DNA of 41,272 nt from Octopus sinensis (GCF_006345805.1 NW_021835278.1:1-41272), one strand, 5' to 3'. Shown: positions 11,718 to 23,619, numbered from the stretch's first letter. Translations and numbers: made by a program. The notes: generated by a model not told the origin, from the sequence alone.

Positions 11718-12239
11718 AAACGAAAGATCGCCATTTACTAGAATATAATTAACAAAAGACATTAAATTAATATTGTGTGTTTAAACAAAATTAAAATATA
11801 AGTACATACTCTAAAAACAACTTACATTTTTGTAATCACACACAGTTAAAATTATTTCTAAATGATTAAAAGTCGACGTTTTTCTTTTCTTTTCTTAGAG
11901 AGCGCGAAGACTATGTGTGTGTATATGTCACAGGAAGCGAACGTGTGTTAGTGTTGATTGACACGCCATGACATTATATGTGTGTGGGTTCTGTATGTGT
12001 GTTGACCTCACGGAAGCCATGTTTTATTTTTCGTCAAGAAATAACAAAGAAAAATTGCGTTTAATCGTTTTCATTAATAAATACAGGTTCAAATATCAGA
12101 AAAATGTGTACTGCACTGCCGAAGGTAAGTATGAAAGTAAATTTGAAAAAAAAAAATAATATAAAATATACAATTTCAGAGATATTTTGCGTACACACAA
12201 ACATCTCTAGAGTTTTATTATTATTAAGGTATATATCCT

Positions 12240-12410
12240 TTCCTCCTCTAGGGATAAGGCACGGAATTTTTGAGGGAGTATGCCAGTCGATTAGATCGGC
12301 CCCAGTACAGAAGTGGTACTTAATTTATCAACCCGGACGGATGGAAGGCAAAGTCGACCACGGCGGAATTTTAACTCAGAATGTAAAAAACAGTGGAAAT
12401 ACCTGCTTTA
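12240..12410 (-). mobile_element. SINE family B, diverged
   Basis: GTACTTAATTTATCAACCCGGACGGATGGAAGGCAAAGTCGACCACGGCGGAATTTTAACTCAGAA. Confidence 0.85.
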
Positions 12411-12535
12411 CATGGTCTTCCTTTCACTGCAAGAATATAGAGTAGTTTTCTTTTCATGACATGCGATTCTGTTATAAGCTGGATAGAGAGCGAGAGAGAG
12501 AGACAGAGAGAGACAGAGAGACAGAGAGAGAGAAA

Positions 12536-12566
<31 letters not shown>

Positions 12567-12653
12567 AAGAGAGAGAGAGAAAGAGAGAGAGAGAGATGTT
12601 GGCTTGTCGGTTGCCATATTTAGTTCGTCCCTGGTACAAGTGAATGATATATG

Positions 12654-12983
12654 TGGAAGCACTCCGTCGGTTACGACGACGAGGGTTCCGGTTGATCCGA
12701 TCAACGGAACAGCCTGCTCGTGAAATTAACGTGTAAGTGGCTGAGCACTCCACAGACACGTGTACCCTTAACGTAGTTCTCGGGGATATTCAGCGTGACA
12801 CAGAGAGTGACAAGGCCGTCCCTTTGAAATACAAGGTACAACAGAAACAGGAAGTAAGAGTGAGAGAAAGTTGTGGTAAAAGAGTACAGCAGGGATCACC
12901 ACCATCCCCTGCCAGAGCCTCGTGGAGCTTTAGATGTTTTCGCTCAATAAACACTCACAACCACTGGGCCATTGCGCCTCCAC
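12654..12983 (-). mobile_element. SINE family C with most of the tRNA head deleted
   Basis: Minus strand GTGGAGGCGCAATGGCCCAGTGGTT joined directly to GTGAGTGTTTATTGAGCG; compare the intact head at 22340-22423. Confidence 0.85.
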
Positions 12984-13297
12984 GAATGATATATACGCTT
13001 AGGGAAATGTCAATGTCTCGCTGTTTCTGCGGTCTTCTTTTCTTTTAGATCAGAGGTTACCATCTCATATGATATGCATAACTTGACCGGTGATATTCTC
13101 CATGAAATTTCATATCTATAACTGATTATTAATTAGTTGTATTAATTATTTGGTAGCCGCTCATTACTTACTTCCCCCAACTCGTCTCATTATAAAGTTA
13201 ATCCAAACAAGAAAACACCAAGAGAAAACACAACAACGCGAGGACGTGGAACAAATATAGTATTATTGGACGCTCAGGAAAGAAGGAAAGAAGGAGG

Positions 13298-13332
13298 GTT
13301 TAACGTTTCGAGCGGAGCTCTTCGTCGGAAAC
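13298..13332 (-). ncRNA. Minimal type I hammerhead-like motif with U4C core
   Basis: Minus strand GTTT-CCGACGA-A-GAGC-TCC-GCTC-GAAACGTT-AAAC: helices I and II pair perfectly, palindromic ACGT helix III. Confidence 0.6.
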
Positions 13333-14459
13333 ATAGGAGAAGGAAAGATCCAGAGGAAAAAAGATCGCCAACGGTACACACGAGGTCACATTTTGAAATT
13401 GTTCTGTAAGGTACAAATATATTGTTTTGGTGTTACGTAAGCCACTTAATGTATCCTTCTGGGGCAGGCTTTTGCTCAAAACAGAATTCACGTCTTCCAC
13501 TGTATAACAAAAATACCCCCGTGTTTAAGGGCCCTCGGCTATCGGGCCAGCATTAGATCTTTGCAATCGTGAACATCAGTATTCTACATTTCATTATCTT
13601 CAGAGAAGATATAAGGAATCCTTACAACTATAGATTAAAGCACTTTCCAAGTTATTAGAAGACATTTTATTAAAAAAAAAATTCAAAAACAATTCACGAA
13701 TGAATAATTAATACATTTTCTTTTATTAACATTTAAACTAAATTTCATTATTTTTTTGTTTATGAGAAGTCTCTCATTTTTTTGTTCTCGAGACCATAGT
13801 TTGCTTTCGTAATCTAGTTTTATGATGGATTATTTCTAGACTCCCATTAAATATCTTGTAATATAATTGGTGAGTATCGCGTTTGGTCTAACAAGATTGT
13901 ATTAAACCGTTCACGACTTATTTTGAATTCTTTGAATGTGATTTCAGTGTTCTTTGGCAGTCAAAGACGATCATTGAAACAATGCTTCCGGTGGCAGTGT
14001 GTTAATATTCTTTTAAACTCTATCAATATTTTATCTGTGTTATCAGTCTGAGAGTAGTTCTGTATTTTAAGAAGTTAATTAAACAATGGAGGAATGGAAA
14101 ACAAAGAAACGATGTTTATTATACAATTTATTATAACAATAATGAAATAACATCGGGAGAATTTTAATAAATTGACAGAGAGATATAGAAATATATGTAT
14201 ATATATATACGTACGCACACACATGCATACACACATATATGAGGGCCAGGAATATGATTAAGAGAGAGAGAGAGAGAGAGAGAAAGAAAGAGAAAGAGTA
14301 CGAGAATGAGAGAGTGAAGGAGAGAGAGGTTGAGATAGACAAGTATGGAAGTCTTGATATGAAAGAGATAGGAAAGATGTGTGGGGTAGGTGAGCGGTAA
14401 GGGAACATGAGAGCAAATGAGAAATAGAGACAATCAGACAATGGGAAACCGATATAGAG

Positions 14460-14495
<36 letters not shown>

Positions 14496-14538
14496 CACAC
14501 ACACACACACACACATATATATAGGTGTGCGCGCGCAA

Positions 14539-14569
<31 letters not shown>

Positions 14570-14603
14570 TATATATGGACATACCTACATATATATGTAT
14601 ATA

Positions 14604-15020
14604 TATTTCTTTACTGCCCACAAGAAGCTAAACACAGAGGAGACAAACAAGGACAGACAAAGAGATTAAGTCGATTACATATACCCCAGTGCGTAAGTGG
14701 TACTTAATTTATCGACCCCGAAAGGATGAGATGCAATGTCGACCACAGCGGAATTTGAACTCAGAACGTAACGGCAGACGAAATACCTATTTCTTTATTA
14801 CCCACAAGGGGCTAAACACAGAGGGGACAAAGAAGGACACACAGACGGATTAAGTCGATTATATCGACCCCAGTGCGTAACTGGTAATTAATTTATCGAC
14901 ACCGAAAGGATCATAGGCAAAGTCGACTACGGCAGAATTTGAACTCAGAACGTAACGGCAGACGAAATACCGCTAAGCAATTCGCTCGGCGGGCTAACCA
15001 CTCTGCCAGCTTACCGCCTT
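14604..15020 (-). mobile_element. SINE family B, head plus two tandem units
   Basis: Head ends CCAGCTTACCGCCTT (15020); unit junction AAATACCTATTTCTTT at ~14781-14796. Confidence 0.92.
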
Positions 15021-15222
15021 ATGCATATATATGTATATATACACGCAGAAAGTGAAGAAAATAAGAAATGAGAACATAAAAATCAAAAAACATAGAAAAC
15101 GAACTTTTTATCGAAAAACGAAAGAAACAAATAGAAAAAACGAGACAGGCAACGTAAAGAACATTCCCCTCATCAGTTCTCCCCTGGTTTTATCTACTCC
15201 GGATTCTGAAGATAGGGAGAAG

Positions 15223-15255
<33 letters not shown>

Positions 15256-15397
15256 ACACATATATATATATACATATTTATAAAATGAGATAGGGGTTGT
15301 ATATATATATATATATATAAGGATATAAGTATATATGCACTCATATTCATATTTATTTGTAAATTATTTTTGTGTTTGTACCCATACTTGCATTAGA

Positions 15398-15510
15398 ATC
15401 TCCGAAGAGGCCGTAAGATATTCTTGTTTATGTCTCATTTATACCTGCATTATATGGCTAATAGGTTTAATGAGACATACCTATCTTCATGGCCGAAACA
15501 GCTGTCAGTT
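15398..15510 (+). ncRNA. Type I hammerhead-like motif with long helix II (probable Penelope-like terminal repeat)
   Basis: CCGAAGA (15402-15408), GGCC/AAGATA/ATGTCTCATT pairing with AATGAGACAT/TATCTT/GGCC, GAAA-CAGCTG-TC; short helix I; AT-rich tail with AATAAA follows. Confidence 0.6.
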
Positions 15511-15721
15511 ATAATGTATATGTATTTTTATATCTTGTTATATTTATTTAGTTATATCTCATCATATTGATTGTAATTATTGTACTGTATTAATGTCTAA
15601 TCTCATTGCTATTGTGTAGTGTTTTAATAAAGTATATGATTCGGTATTATCTGATAGTTGATGATTGATTTAGATATATTTCTCCATTTTCTCATTTTGT
15701 ATTATATATATATTTATATAT

Positions 15722-15790
15722 TAAATTAGATCTAAAACCACTACTAGGCAAATCAAACAATGAAAAACATAAAAATAAAAATAATTATAT
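15722..15790 (+). repeat. Single-arm copy of the 5121-5317 palindrome family
   Basis: ATTAGATCTAAAACCACTACTAGGCAAATCAAACAATGAAAAACATAAA closely matches 5121-5169. Confidence 0.85.
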
Positions 15791-16020
15791 ATATACATAT
15801 ATATATATATGTAAACATATATATATATACATACACATGATGAAAAGGGAAAAGGCGGGAAGTGCGGATATTAGGGTACGAAATTAGACAAGTATCCCTG
15901 ATGTATTGAAGGAACGAAAGAAAGAATTCTAAGGATGAAGAATAGAATTGGTAAACGATGTTGCTCGTACGGAACTTAGGGTGAAAGAGAAATAGAAGAG
16001 AACAAGGAAGGCAGAGCAAA

Positions 16021-16060
<40 letters not shown>

Positions 16061-17163
16061 GTGAGTGAGAGCAACAAGTATTTAGAAATAGAGAGAACAA
16101 TACAGATGTAGAGAAATGAAATGTGAAAGACATTATTTACAGAAAGAAGGAGAAAGAAAAAGAGGGTATGAGGAGGGGGGAAATATAGGGGAGTAAACCC
16201 TTCAAAGCGTTACTCCAGAATGGCCGCAATCCACTGACTAACTCAAAGACAGGATAGAAGACGCTATGAGTAGAATTTGCCTGTTAATGAATGATCTCCG
16301 AAGCGTTGACACTTGCATGAATAAGACCAGCATATACTAGCACATTATGACATATTCTTTCAGAATGGTCTCGGCTTTTTTTTCAAATACCCTGTATAAT
16401 GTTATGAGAAATGTTTGGGGATTGCTTCCACTACAATAGTCCATTTTCCTTATGTACAAATCCCCCAAAACAAACACCCGCATCAGATAATTAAATAAAC
16501 TTCAGTTGACTTATGTTTGTTCTGTCGCTTTCAGAAAGGTGAACGGTACGTTTGACATTAATGGCGGTTATATTTAAACGAAAAATGCAAAGCGGCGCAA
16601 CTATTTTGTTGTGTTTCTTATTAAATTATCAATTTTGTTGTTATTTATTTCTATTAAACGCAGAAGTATTACAGGAAGCATTTTTGCTGTAGGAAAATTC
16701 GTCGCAAGAAATTTCGTTTTAAACGACCTCCTCACATTTTATTTCTAAATGTTTAGTTTCAAAGAAAACTTGCTTATTAAATGCTTTTATAAAACCTTTT
16801 ATCATCCGTTTATTTAAAAACAAAAAAAAACATTGCATGATGTGCAAGGTCTAAAATATTCGGAGGGAGTTAGCTTGGCGATTACATCTACCCTGGTGCT
16901 CAACTGATACCGGTTTTATCGAGCTCGGTAAACCTGGAATTATTTAAGTAGCAAGAAGTCGATAATATTGAACTCAGTACTCATCCGATATTTAACTTAT
17001 CGACCCTGAAATCAAAGGGAACTGCTGTGAACCCAGAACTTAAAGCTCCAGTAGAAATGAAGCTAAACATTTTGTCCCAGTAATTTTTGTTGCTTTATTT
17101 TCGAGAAATAATCCTGTATTGACTTGCCTTATGTTGGTGTTATTAAGCTTATAGTATCTAAAA

Positions 17164-17941
17164 GGCGGTGAGCTGGCAGAAACGTTAGCACGCCGGGCGA
17201 AATGCTAAGCGGTATTGCGTCTGCCGTTACGTTCAGAGTTCAAATTCCGCCGAGGTCGACTTTGCCTCTCATCCTTTTAGGGTCGATAAATTAAGAACCA
17301 GTTACGCACTGGGGTCGATGTAATCGACTTAATTCGTTTGGCTGTCCTTGTTTGTTCTCTCTGTGTTTTGCCCCTTGTGGGCAGTAAAGAAATAGGTATT
17401 TCGTCTGCCGTTACGTTCTGAGTTCAAATTCCGCCGAGGTCGACTTTGCCTCTCATCCTTTCGGGGTCGATAAATTAAGTACTTGTTACTCACTAGGGTC
17501 GATATAATTGACTTAATCCCTTTGTCTGTCCTTGTTTGTCCTCTCTGTGTTTAGCCCCTTGTGGGCAGTAAAGAAATAGGTATTTCATCTGCCGTTACGT
17601 TCTGAGTTCAAATTCCGCCGAGGTCGACTTTGCCTCTCATCCTTTCGGGGTCGATAAATTAAGTACTTGTTACGCACTGGGGTCGATGTAATTGACTTAA
17701 TCCGTTTGTCTGTCCTTGTTTGTCCTCTCTGTGTTTAGCCACTTGTGGGCAGTAAAGAAATAGGTATTTCGTCTGGCGCTACGTTCTGAGTTAAAAATCC
17801 GCCGAGGTCGACTTTGCCTTTCATCTTTTCGGGGTCGATATATTAAGTACCAGTTACGCACTGGGGTTGATGTAATCGACTTAATCCGTTTGACTGTCCG
17901 TGTTTGTCCTCTCTGTGTTTAGCCCCTTGTGGGTAGTAAAG
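17164..17941 (+). mobile_element. SINE family B concatemer: head plus four 184-bp units, flanked by a 20-bp TSD
   Basis: Units start at GGTATT at 17211, 17395, 17579 and 17763; flanks GTTATTAAGCTTATAGTATC (17139-17158) and GTTATTAAGCTTATGGTGTC (17941-17960). Confidence 0.95.
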
Positions 17942-19374
17942 TTATTAAGCTTATGGTGTCCATGACAATAGCCGATGCGGGGTATCTGAATACATTCTTA
18001 AAGAGAGGGAATATACACAGCGTAAAGCATATTTCTCCTCTCTCTAGCTTCCAGCAAGAGGACATCTTAATGAATCTATCTATGGAATGCCAGATTTTAT
18101 CAACGTGAAACTCTTCTTGCATTGTCAATATAATTAAAGATTACTTCTAGGCTCTCACCATTTTAGGATTATTAATAATCACGCCTTTATATATTATCGC
18201 ATTTACTTTAACGTCTTCGTAAATTTAACACGATATCTAAGTGTTTTCTCACGAACTCCGCTACTCAATTCATTTCATTCTCCTCATCTACTTCGTAGGA
18301 TTTGGCGTCAACTATCATAAAATATAATAACGATTTTTAGCATTACTATGGCTCCAGAACTTATAGAAGATAGAAAGAAAGAATCAGTTGTGTTAGACAG
18401 CTAATTGTTTTATCGAGAGTTGTGAAATGTAATGCGGAAATGAATGAGATTTGAACTTATATAGAAATGCAGGTAATTGCAATGTACGACTCTGTTGAAG
18501 TTACCTTCTACGGGCTTCATTCGTTAATGTTATTGCAAGGAAAGTTACACGACCGTAGATTGAATGAAATTATTGTCGGCTCCATTGACCCATTAACATC
18601 CGGCGAACCTTGAAGGATTAAATACGATGCGGATAACAGCGGGATAGGAACGTATACAACAAGAAGGCAGTCGGGTTCTTTCCGACAATTTACCAAAACA
18701 GCAGTAAACGGCGACAATAACGACATGAAGAATGGTTTTAGCGAGAAAGTAGACTTGTACATTTCTCTTGAATACTAGATACCCTTGTTGTAGACGATGA
18801 GAATTACTGAGGAGAGTGGCGAGAAATGATGGCGGCCTGAAGAAGAATTTAAAGAAAACAGGAAGTGTTGCTAAACGTCTGCCTGGTTCCATAGCCAAAA
18901 TCATCGGGAATGTTCTAGATAGTTGAAAAGATCGAACAACATTGTTCTGAAGTTTATTAGTACAAGCCATTAACGGAATTGCGAAAACAGGCAAAAGATC
19001 ACTAAAAGTTCTAAAATCTAGAATGGAATAACTGCATACACATTCGTGGAAACATAGAAGCGTAGGTATGTATGTGTGTGTGTGTGTGTGTGTGAATCTG
19101 TGTGTGTGTGTGTGTGTGAGAGTGCGAATATGTGTTTGTATTTATAACACGTATACATCTCTCCCCTATCTTTCTCTTTCTCTCTCTTTCACTTTGGTAA
19201 GCTTGGAGTATCATACGTATCAAACAAGATGAGGCGAACCCTGGGGTAGGAGGCAGCAGCCATTTGGCATTCCTAATCGTCCAGGAGGGTCGCAAATCTT
19301 TTGTCGATACCTGCCAAACCTAATCGACGAAGGGTTAAAATTTTGTCGACGAAGGGACCGAAACAGCGTAGACC

Positions 19375-19640
19375 ATATAATCGACTTAATCCATTTGTCT
19401 ACCTTTTTTGTCCTCTCTGTGTTTAGCCCCTTGTGGGTAGTAAAGAAATAGGTATTTCGTCTGCCTCTACGTTCTGAGTTCAAATTCCGCCGAGGTCAAA
19501 TTTGCCTTTCATCCTTTCTGGGTCGATTAAGTAAGTACCAGTTACACACTGGGGTCGATATAATCGACTTAATCCGTCTGTCTATCCTTGTTTGTCCTCT
19601 CTGTGTTTAGTCCCTTGTGGGTAGTAAAGAAATAGGTATT
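19375..19640 (+). mobile_element. SINE family B, headless, about 1.4 tandem units
   Basis: Same unit and junction (TAAAGAAATAGGTATTTCGTC at 19441); ends at AAATAGGTATT. Confidence 0.9.
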
Positions 19641-21019
19641 AATTTCAATTTATTACGGTTGTGATTATATGACATCATACCCTATAACCATTGTGAATAT
19701 GTGACATATTAACGTAAGACGATTGTCAATGCCCGGTATTACTGCATACGACGGCCGATGTGACCGTACGCTATCGCAACGCGCCACGTCGTGCCTACCT
19801 GAGAAACGTCTCGTATGATATTGGCTGGGTAAATAATTCAAAAGACGAGGTTAGAACGAGACATCACAAGATTAAGATTAGTAGTGAATAATCGGTAATG
19901 GTTTTGTTCTCTCCGCCATTAATTATCTTATAGACATTTAATCTGTTTGATGGATTTCAATGAAATTATTGTAGTGGTAGATGATATAATTTCACCAAGT
20001 TTTCTGTTTCGTCTCAGATTTTCCTACAAAATATGCGATAAGATAAAGTATAGGAAACTATGTTGAACAGCTAGAGGTTATCGCACGAAGAGTTGGTAGT
20101 TATTTATAGAAAGGAAACATTAAACTCTCTACAAGATTTTTATCAAGTAATTTAAGGAATTGTGTTTGCTTTTGAAAAAGACTAATGGACATTATGTTGC
20201 TAGAAGGTCATGTCTGTTATCAGACTTTTCGAACAAGGTACCGCTTCTTTTTCACCACTTGGTGACTTCAATCATTTTCTTTCGTGTTTTAAAAGAGTAG
20301 GAAATAACATTAACCTCGTTGTTACTAATAAATGTCTCGAAGAAAGCGACGCTTTCTTACACATATACACATACACACAAACACTCAAACAAATACATTT
20401 ATGCCAAAAGAGTAACACAGTCATATAAACACACACACAGAGACACAGACACATACCCACACACACATACACACATTGTTTCGTAGTGTGTATAGGTTTG
20501 TAGGTTTATTAAATTTTTTTTTTTAAAAACCAAGTTTTAGTCATTCATAATATAAATAGTTGATGTAGAATTTATTAATGTGCTTTAGATATCTGCAATC
20601 AATTGGCAAAAAATAATTAAAATTTTCCTTCCTTGCGTTGTTTCAAGAACATAAATATAAATAACAACCACAACAACAATAACAACAATAACAACAACAA
20701 ACAACACTAATCAAAACAGACAACCGTTCGTTAAAATGATTTTCTTATCAGAATCATCGTTGCAAGACCCGTGAACAATAATATAATATCTGATAGATTT
20801 CAAATTTAACGAGGCGGTTTCGATTCCTATTTAAGTGTATTAATTACCCGATTCCAAGGAACACAACAATAGATTGGTAACTCGATGGTAAATATTTAAT
20901 AGAGTTCACAAATTAAGATATACACTCAGATAAAGAGATTTTCAACATAAGCAGAACATAAGGTTTGATATTTTGGGGGAGCGTATTGTACGTACCATCG
21001 GTTTCAAATTTTGGTACAA

Positions 21020-21180
21020 AGCCACGGATTTTTCGAGCAGGGGTTAAGTCGATTATATCGACCCCAGCGCTCAACTAGTACTTATTTTATCGACTCGGAA
21101 AGGGTGAAAGGCAAAATCAATATTTGTGCAATTTGAACTCCGGAAGTAAGGACGGGCGTAATAATGCTTAGTATTTTCCC
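21020..21180 (-). mobile_element. SINE family B, diverged
   Basis: AAGTCGATTATATCGACCCCAG...ATCGACTCGGAAAGGGTGAAAGGCAAA...AATTTGAACTC. Confidence 0.8.
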
Positions 21181-21841
21181 CTTAGGCCTGGCTACTCCTT
21201 ACAAAAGGGAAGCAAGTGCTACACGACAGGTGCTGGGGGTCTTTTGAGATTAAACCATTTTGTATCTTCCAGTGCATTTTAGCATTATTTTCTGTATTTC
21301 TACCCGTGTGAAGGAAACTATGTTTTCGTTCTCTCTCTCTCTCTCTCTCTCTTCCTGTACATATATATAAATATAATTTGTGACAATCAGTTAGTTGTCA
21401 TAATAGAACTCAGAGTTTCGGATGCCGGGGCTGAAGTCTGCTCCGGCATCTCATCAGTTATTAATACAAACACGCTAAAAAAAAGGGTTCAATAAAGGGA
21501 AGTTTTTCCAATACGCGTGCGTAAAGTAAAACTACGTTCATGTGTATACATATATGCATACTCACACACATGTGTACATATATATATATACAAACACATA
21601 TATATATATCTATACACATGTAAACATACACACATATATACATGCATACACGCTTGCATGCACATACACACACGTATACGTGCCCATGCACGCATCATTG
21701 TGTTCATGTACATATCTCTACATGCACATACGTACGCGGATATACAAAACCCCGCATATGCATATATATGTCCGAATACACACACACACACATACGCAAA
21801 AATAAAGACCGTAAACACATTCACATCGCCACAACACTTAC

Positions 21842-21980
21842 GGATCAAAACAGTTTGATACAAATTCGTTGGTACTCCGAGACTCAAGCGTGATGGTAGT
21901 CTTCGGCCATTATGGCTGAATACTAAAAATACGCTCGAAACTCGGAGTACAGACGAACTTGAATCAAACTGTTTTGATCC
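21842..21980. repeat. 139-bp imperfect fold-back centred on 21911
   Basis: Outer 40-bp arms GGATCAAAACAGTTTGAT...GTACTCCGAG differ at 4 positions; pairing continues imperfectly to the central GCCAT-T-ATGGC. Confidence 0.88.
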
Positions 21981-22037
21981 ATACATGTTACTCCTAATAA
22001 ATTTCTTGTCTGCCCATCTTTTTCCTGTCCAGTCACT

Positions 22038-22080
<43 letters not shown>

Positions 22081-22124
22081 GCATGTATGAACGCCATGAT
22101 AGACCGTTAGCTCCTACATGCATT

Positions 22125-22423
22125 TTTCCCTCCTTGTTTCTCTCCTTGTTTTTTTTCTGTGTATCTTTCTGTGGCGTACGTGCCCCCCCCAGCTGGACGG
22201 GACGCCAGGACATCGCAGCGTTACTCAAGAAACAGGAAGACAGAATGAGAGAAAGTTGTGGCGAAAGAGTACAACAGGGGTCGCCACCACCCCCTGCCGG
22301 AGCCTCGTGGAGCTTTAAGTGTTCTCGCTCAATAAACACACGAAACACCCGGTCTGGGAATCGAAACCGCGATCCTCCGACCGCGAGTCCGCTGCCCAAA
22401 CCACTGGACCATTGCACCTCCAC
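22125..22423 (-). mobile_element. SINE family C (intact tRNA-like head, alternative 3' part)
   Basis: Minus strand GTGGAGGTGCAATGGTCCAGTGGTT...GGTTTCGATTCCC head; body shared with 12654-12983 up to AACAGGAAG, then different. Confidence 0.85.
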
Positions 22424-22668
22424 ATACACACACAGAGACAGACAGACAGACAGACACACACACACACACACATATATATATTTTACTTATTTCAGCCATA
22501 GCAAGCAAATTAAGCAGAATATTTCCTGTAGTTTATCTTTCATACCTCGTTCTTCTTCTTCTTTTTCTCTTTCTTCTTCTTCCTCTTCTTCTTGTTATCA
22601 TTATTATTATTATTATTATTATTATTTATTATTATTATTATTATTATTTATTATTATTATTATTATTA

Positions 22669-23130
22669 CTTCCTTCTTTCTTCAAATTTTCTTCCGTTTC
22701 TCGCCGGGTGTTTTCCATACATCTAGGGCAGAGAAGCTCATTGCATGCATTCCCAGAATAAACGCGCAAATTCACAGACAAAATATGTATTTAAAAATTA
22801 CTAAATAAATTATAGATGGATGTTGTTTTCACAGCGATAATGCTCTTCTCAGTACATGAACCGTTCCAGTTAATACGATTTTTTGCACTTCCTGTAGGGA
22901 TGGCAAGCCTGGTATCATTTTCAAGCAGGTTTCAGTACCTTATTTTTCTCATTCCTAGAGATCCTACAATCACTGGTACTGTAGTCGCCTTGAGATGCCA
23001 CATTTTTTCAATTTCTATTAGCAAGTCTTTATATTTACTAATCTTGTGAAATTATGTCGCCGCTACATTAATAAACACATCCTTTTTGTCTGATCTTTTA
23101 TGATAATATCCAGTTCAATAGCTTTTATAA
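22669..23130 (-). mobile_element. 5'-truncated R4/Dong-like RLE retrotransposon within (TAA)n
   Basis: Minus frames IKAIELDIIIKDQTKRMCLL / YKDLLIEIEKMWHLKATTVPVIVGSLGM / KMIPGLPSLQEVQKIVLTGTVHVLRRALSL-stop (22829-22831); (ATT)n tracts on both sides. Confidence 0.85.
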
Positions 23131-23138
23131 TATATTAA

Positions 23139-23192
<54 letters not shown>

Positions 23193-23446
23193 CATCATCA
23201 TTATTATTATTATTACTATTACTATTATTGTTATCATTATTATCATTATTATTATTTCTACTATTATTATTATTATTATCATTATTATCATTATTATTAT
23301 TACTACTATTATTATTATTATTATCATTATTATTATTATTATTATTATTATTAATATTATTATTATTATCGTCATCATTATTATTATTATCATCATCATC
23401 ATCATCATTATTATTATTATTATTATTATCATCATCATCTTCATCA

Positions 23447-23501
<55 letters not shown>

Positions 23502-23548
23502 CGTCATCATTATTATTATCATCATCATCATCATCATCATCATCTTCA

Positions 23549-23609
<61 letters not shown>

Positions 23610-23610
23610 T
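23130..23610. repeat. Compound (ATT)n/(ATC)n tract
   Basis: Direct reading; source of the poly-Ile/Met and poly-Leu/Ser pseudo-ORFs. Confidence 0.97.
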
Positions 23611-23619
23611 AATGGTTTA

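Noticed and set aside
13820-13880. Strong donor TTG|GTGAGT at ~13868 as a coding exon end
   Set aside because: All three frames from the plausible upstream acceptors contain stops.
15150-15180. Minus-strand CTGATGA-GGGG
   Set aside because: No matching CCCC-GAAA downstream.
16320-16400. CAAATACCCTGTATA as a Tc1/mariner end
   Set aside because: Only a short TIR-like motif, with no partner or transposase remnant identified.
17211-17941. CRISPR-like array
   Set aside because: Contiguous 184-bp units with no unique spacers, in a eukaryotic SINE context.
19345-19374. GTC-GACGA-AGGGACC-GAAA-CAGCG-TA-GAC hammerhead-like string
   Set aside because: The core lacks two nucleotides and helix III is broken; too degenerate to call.
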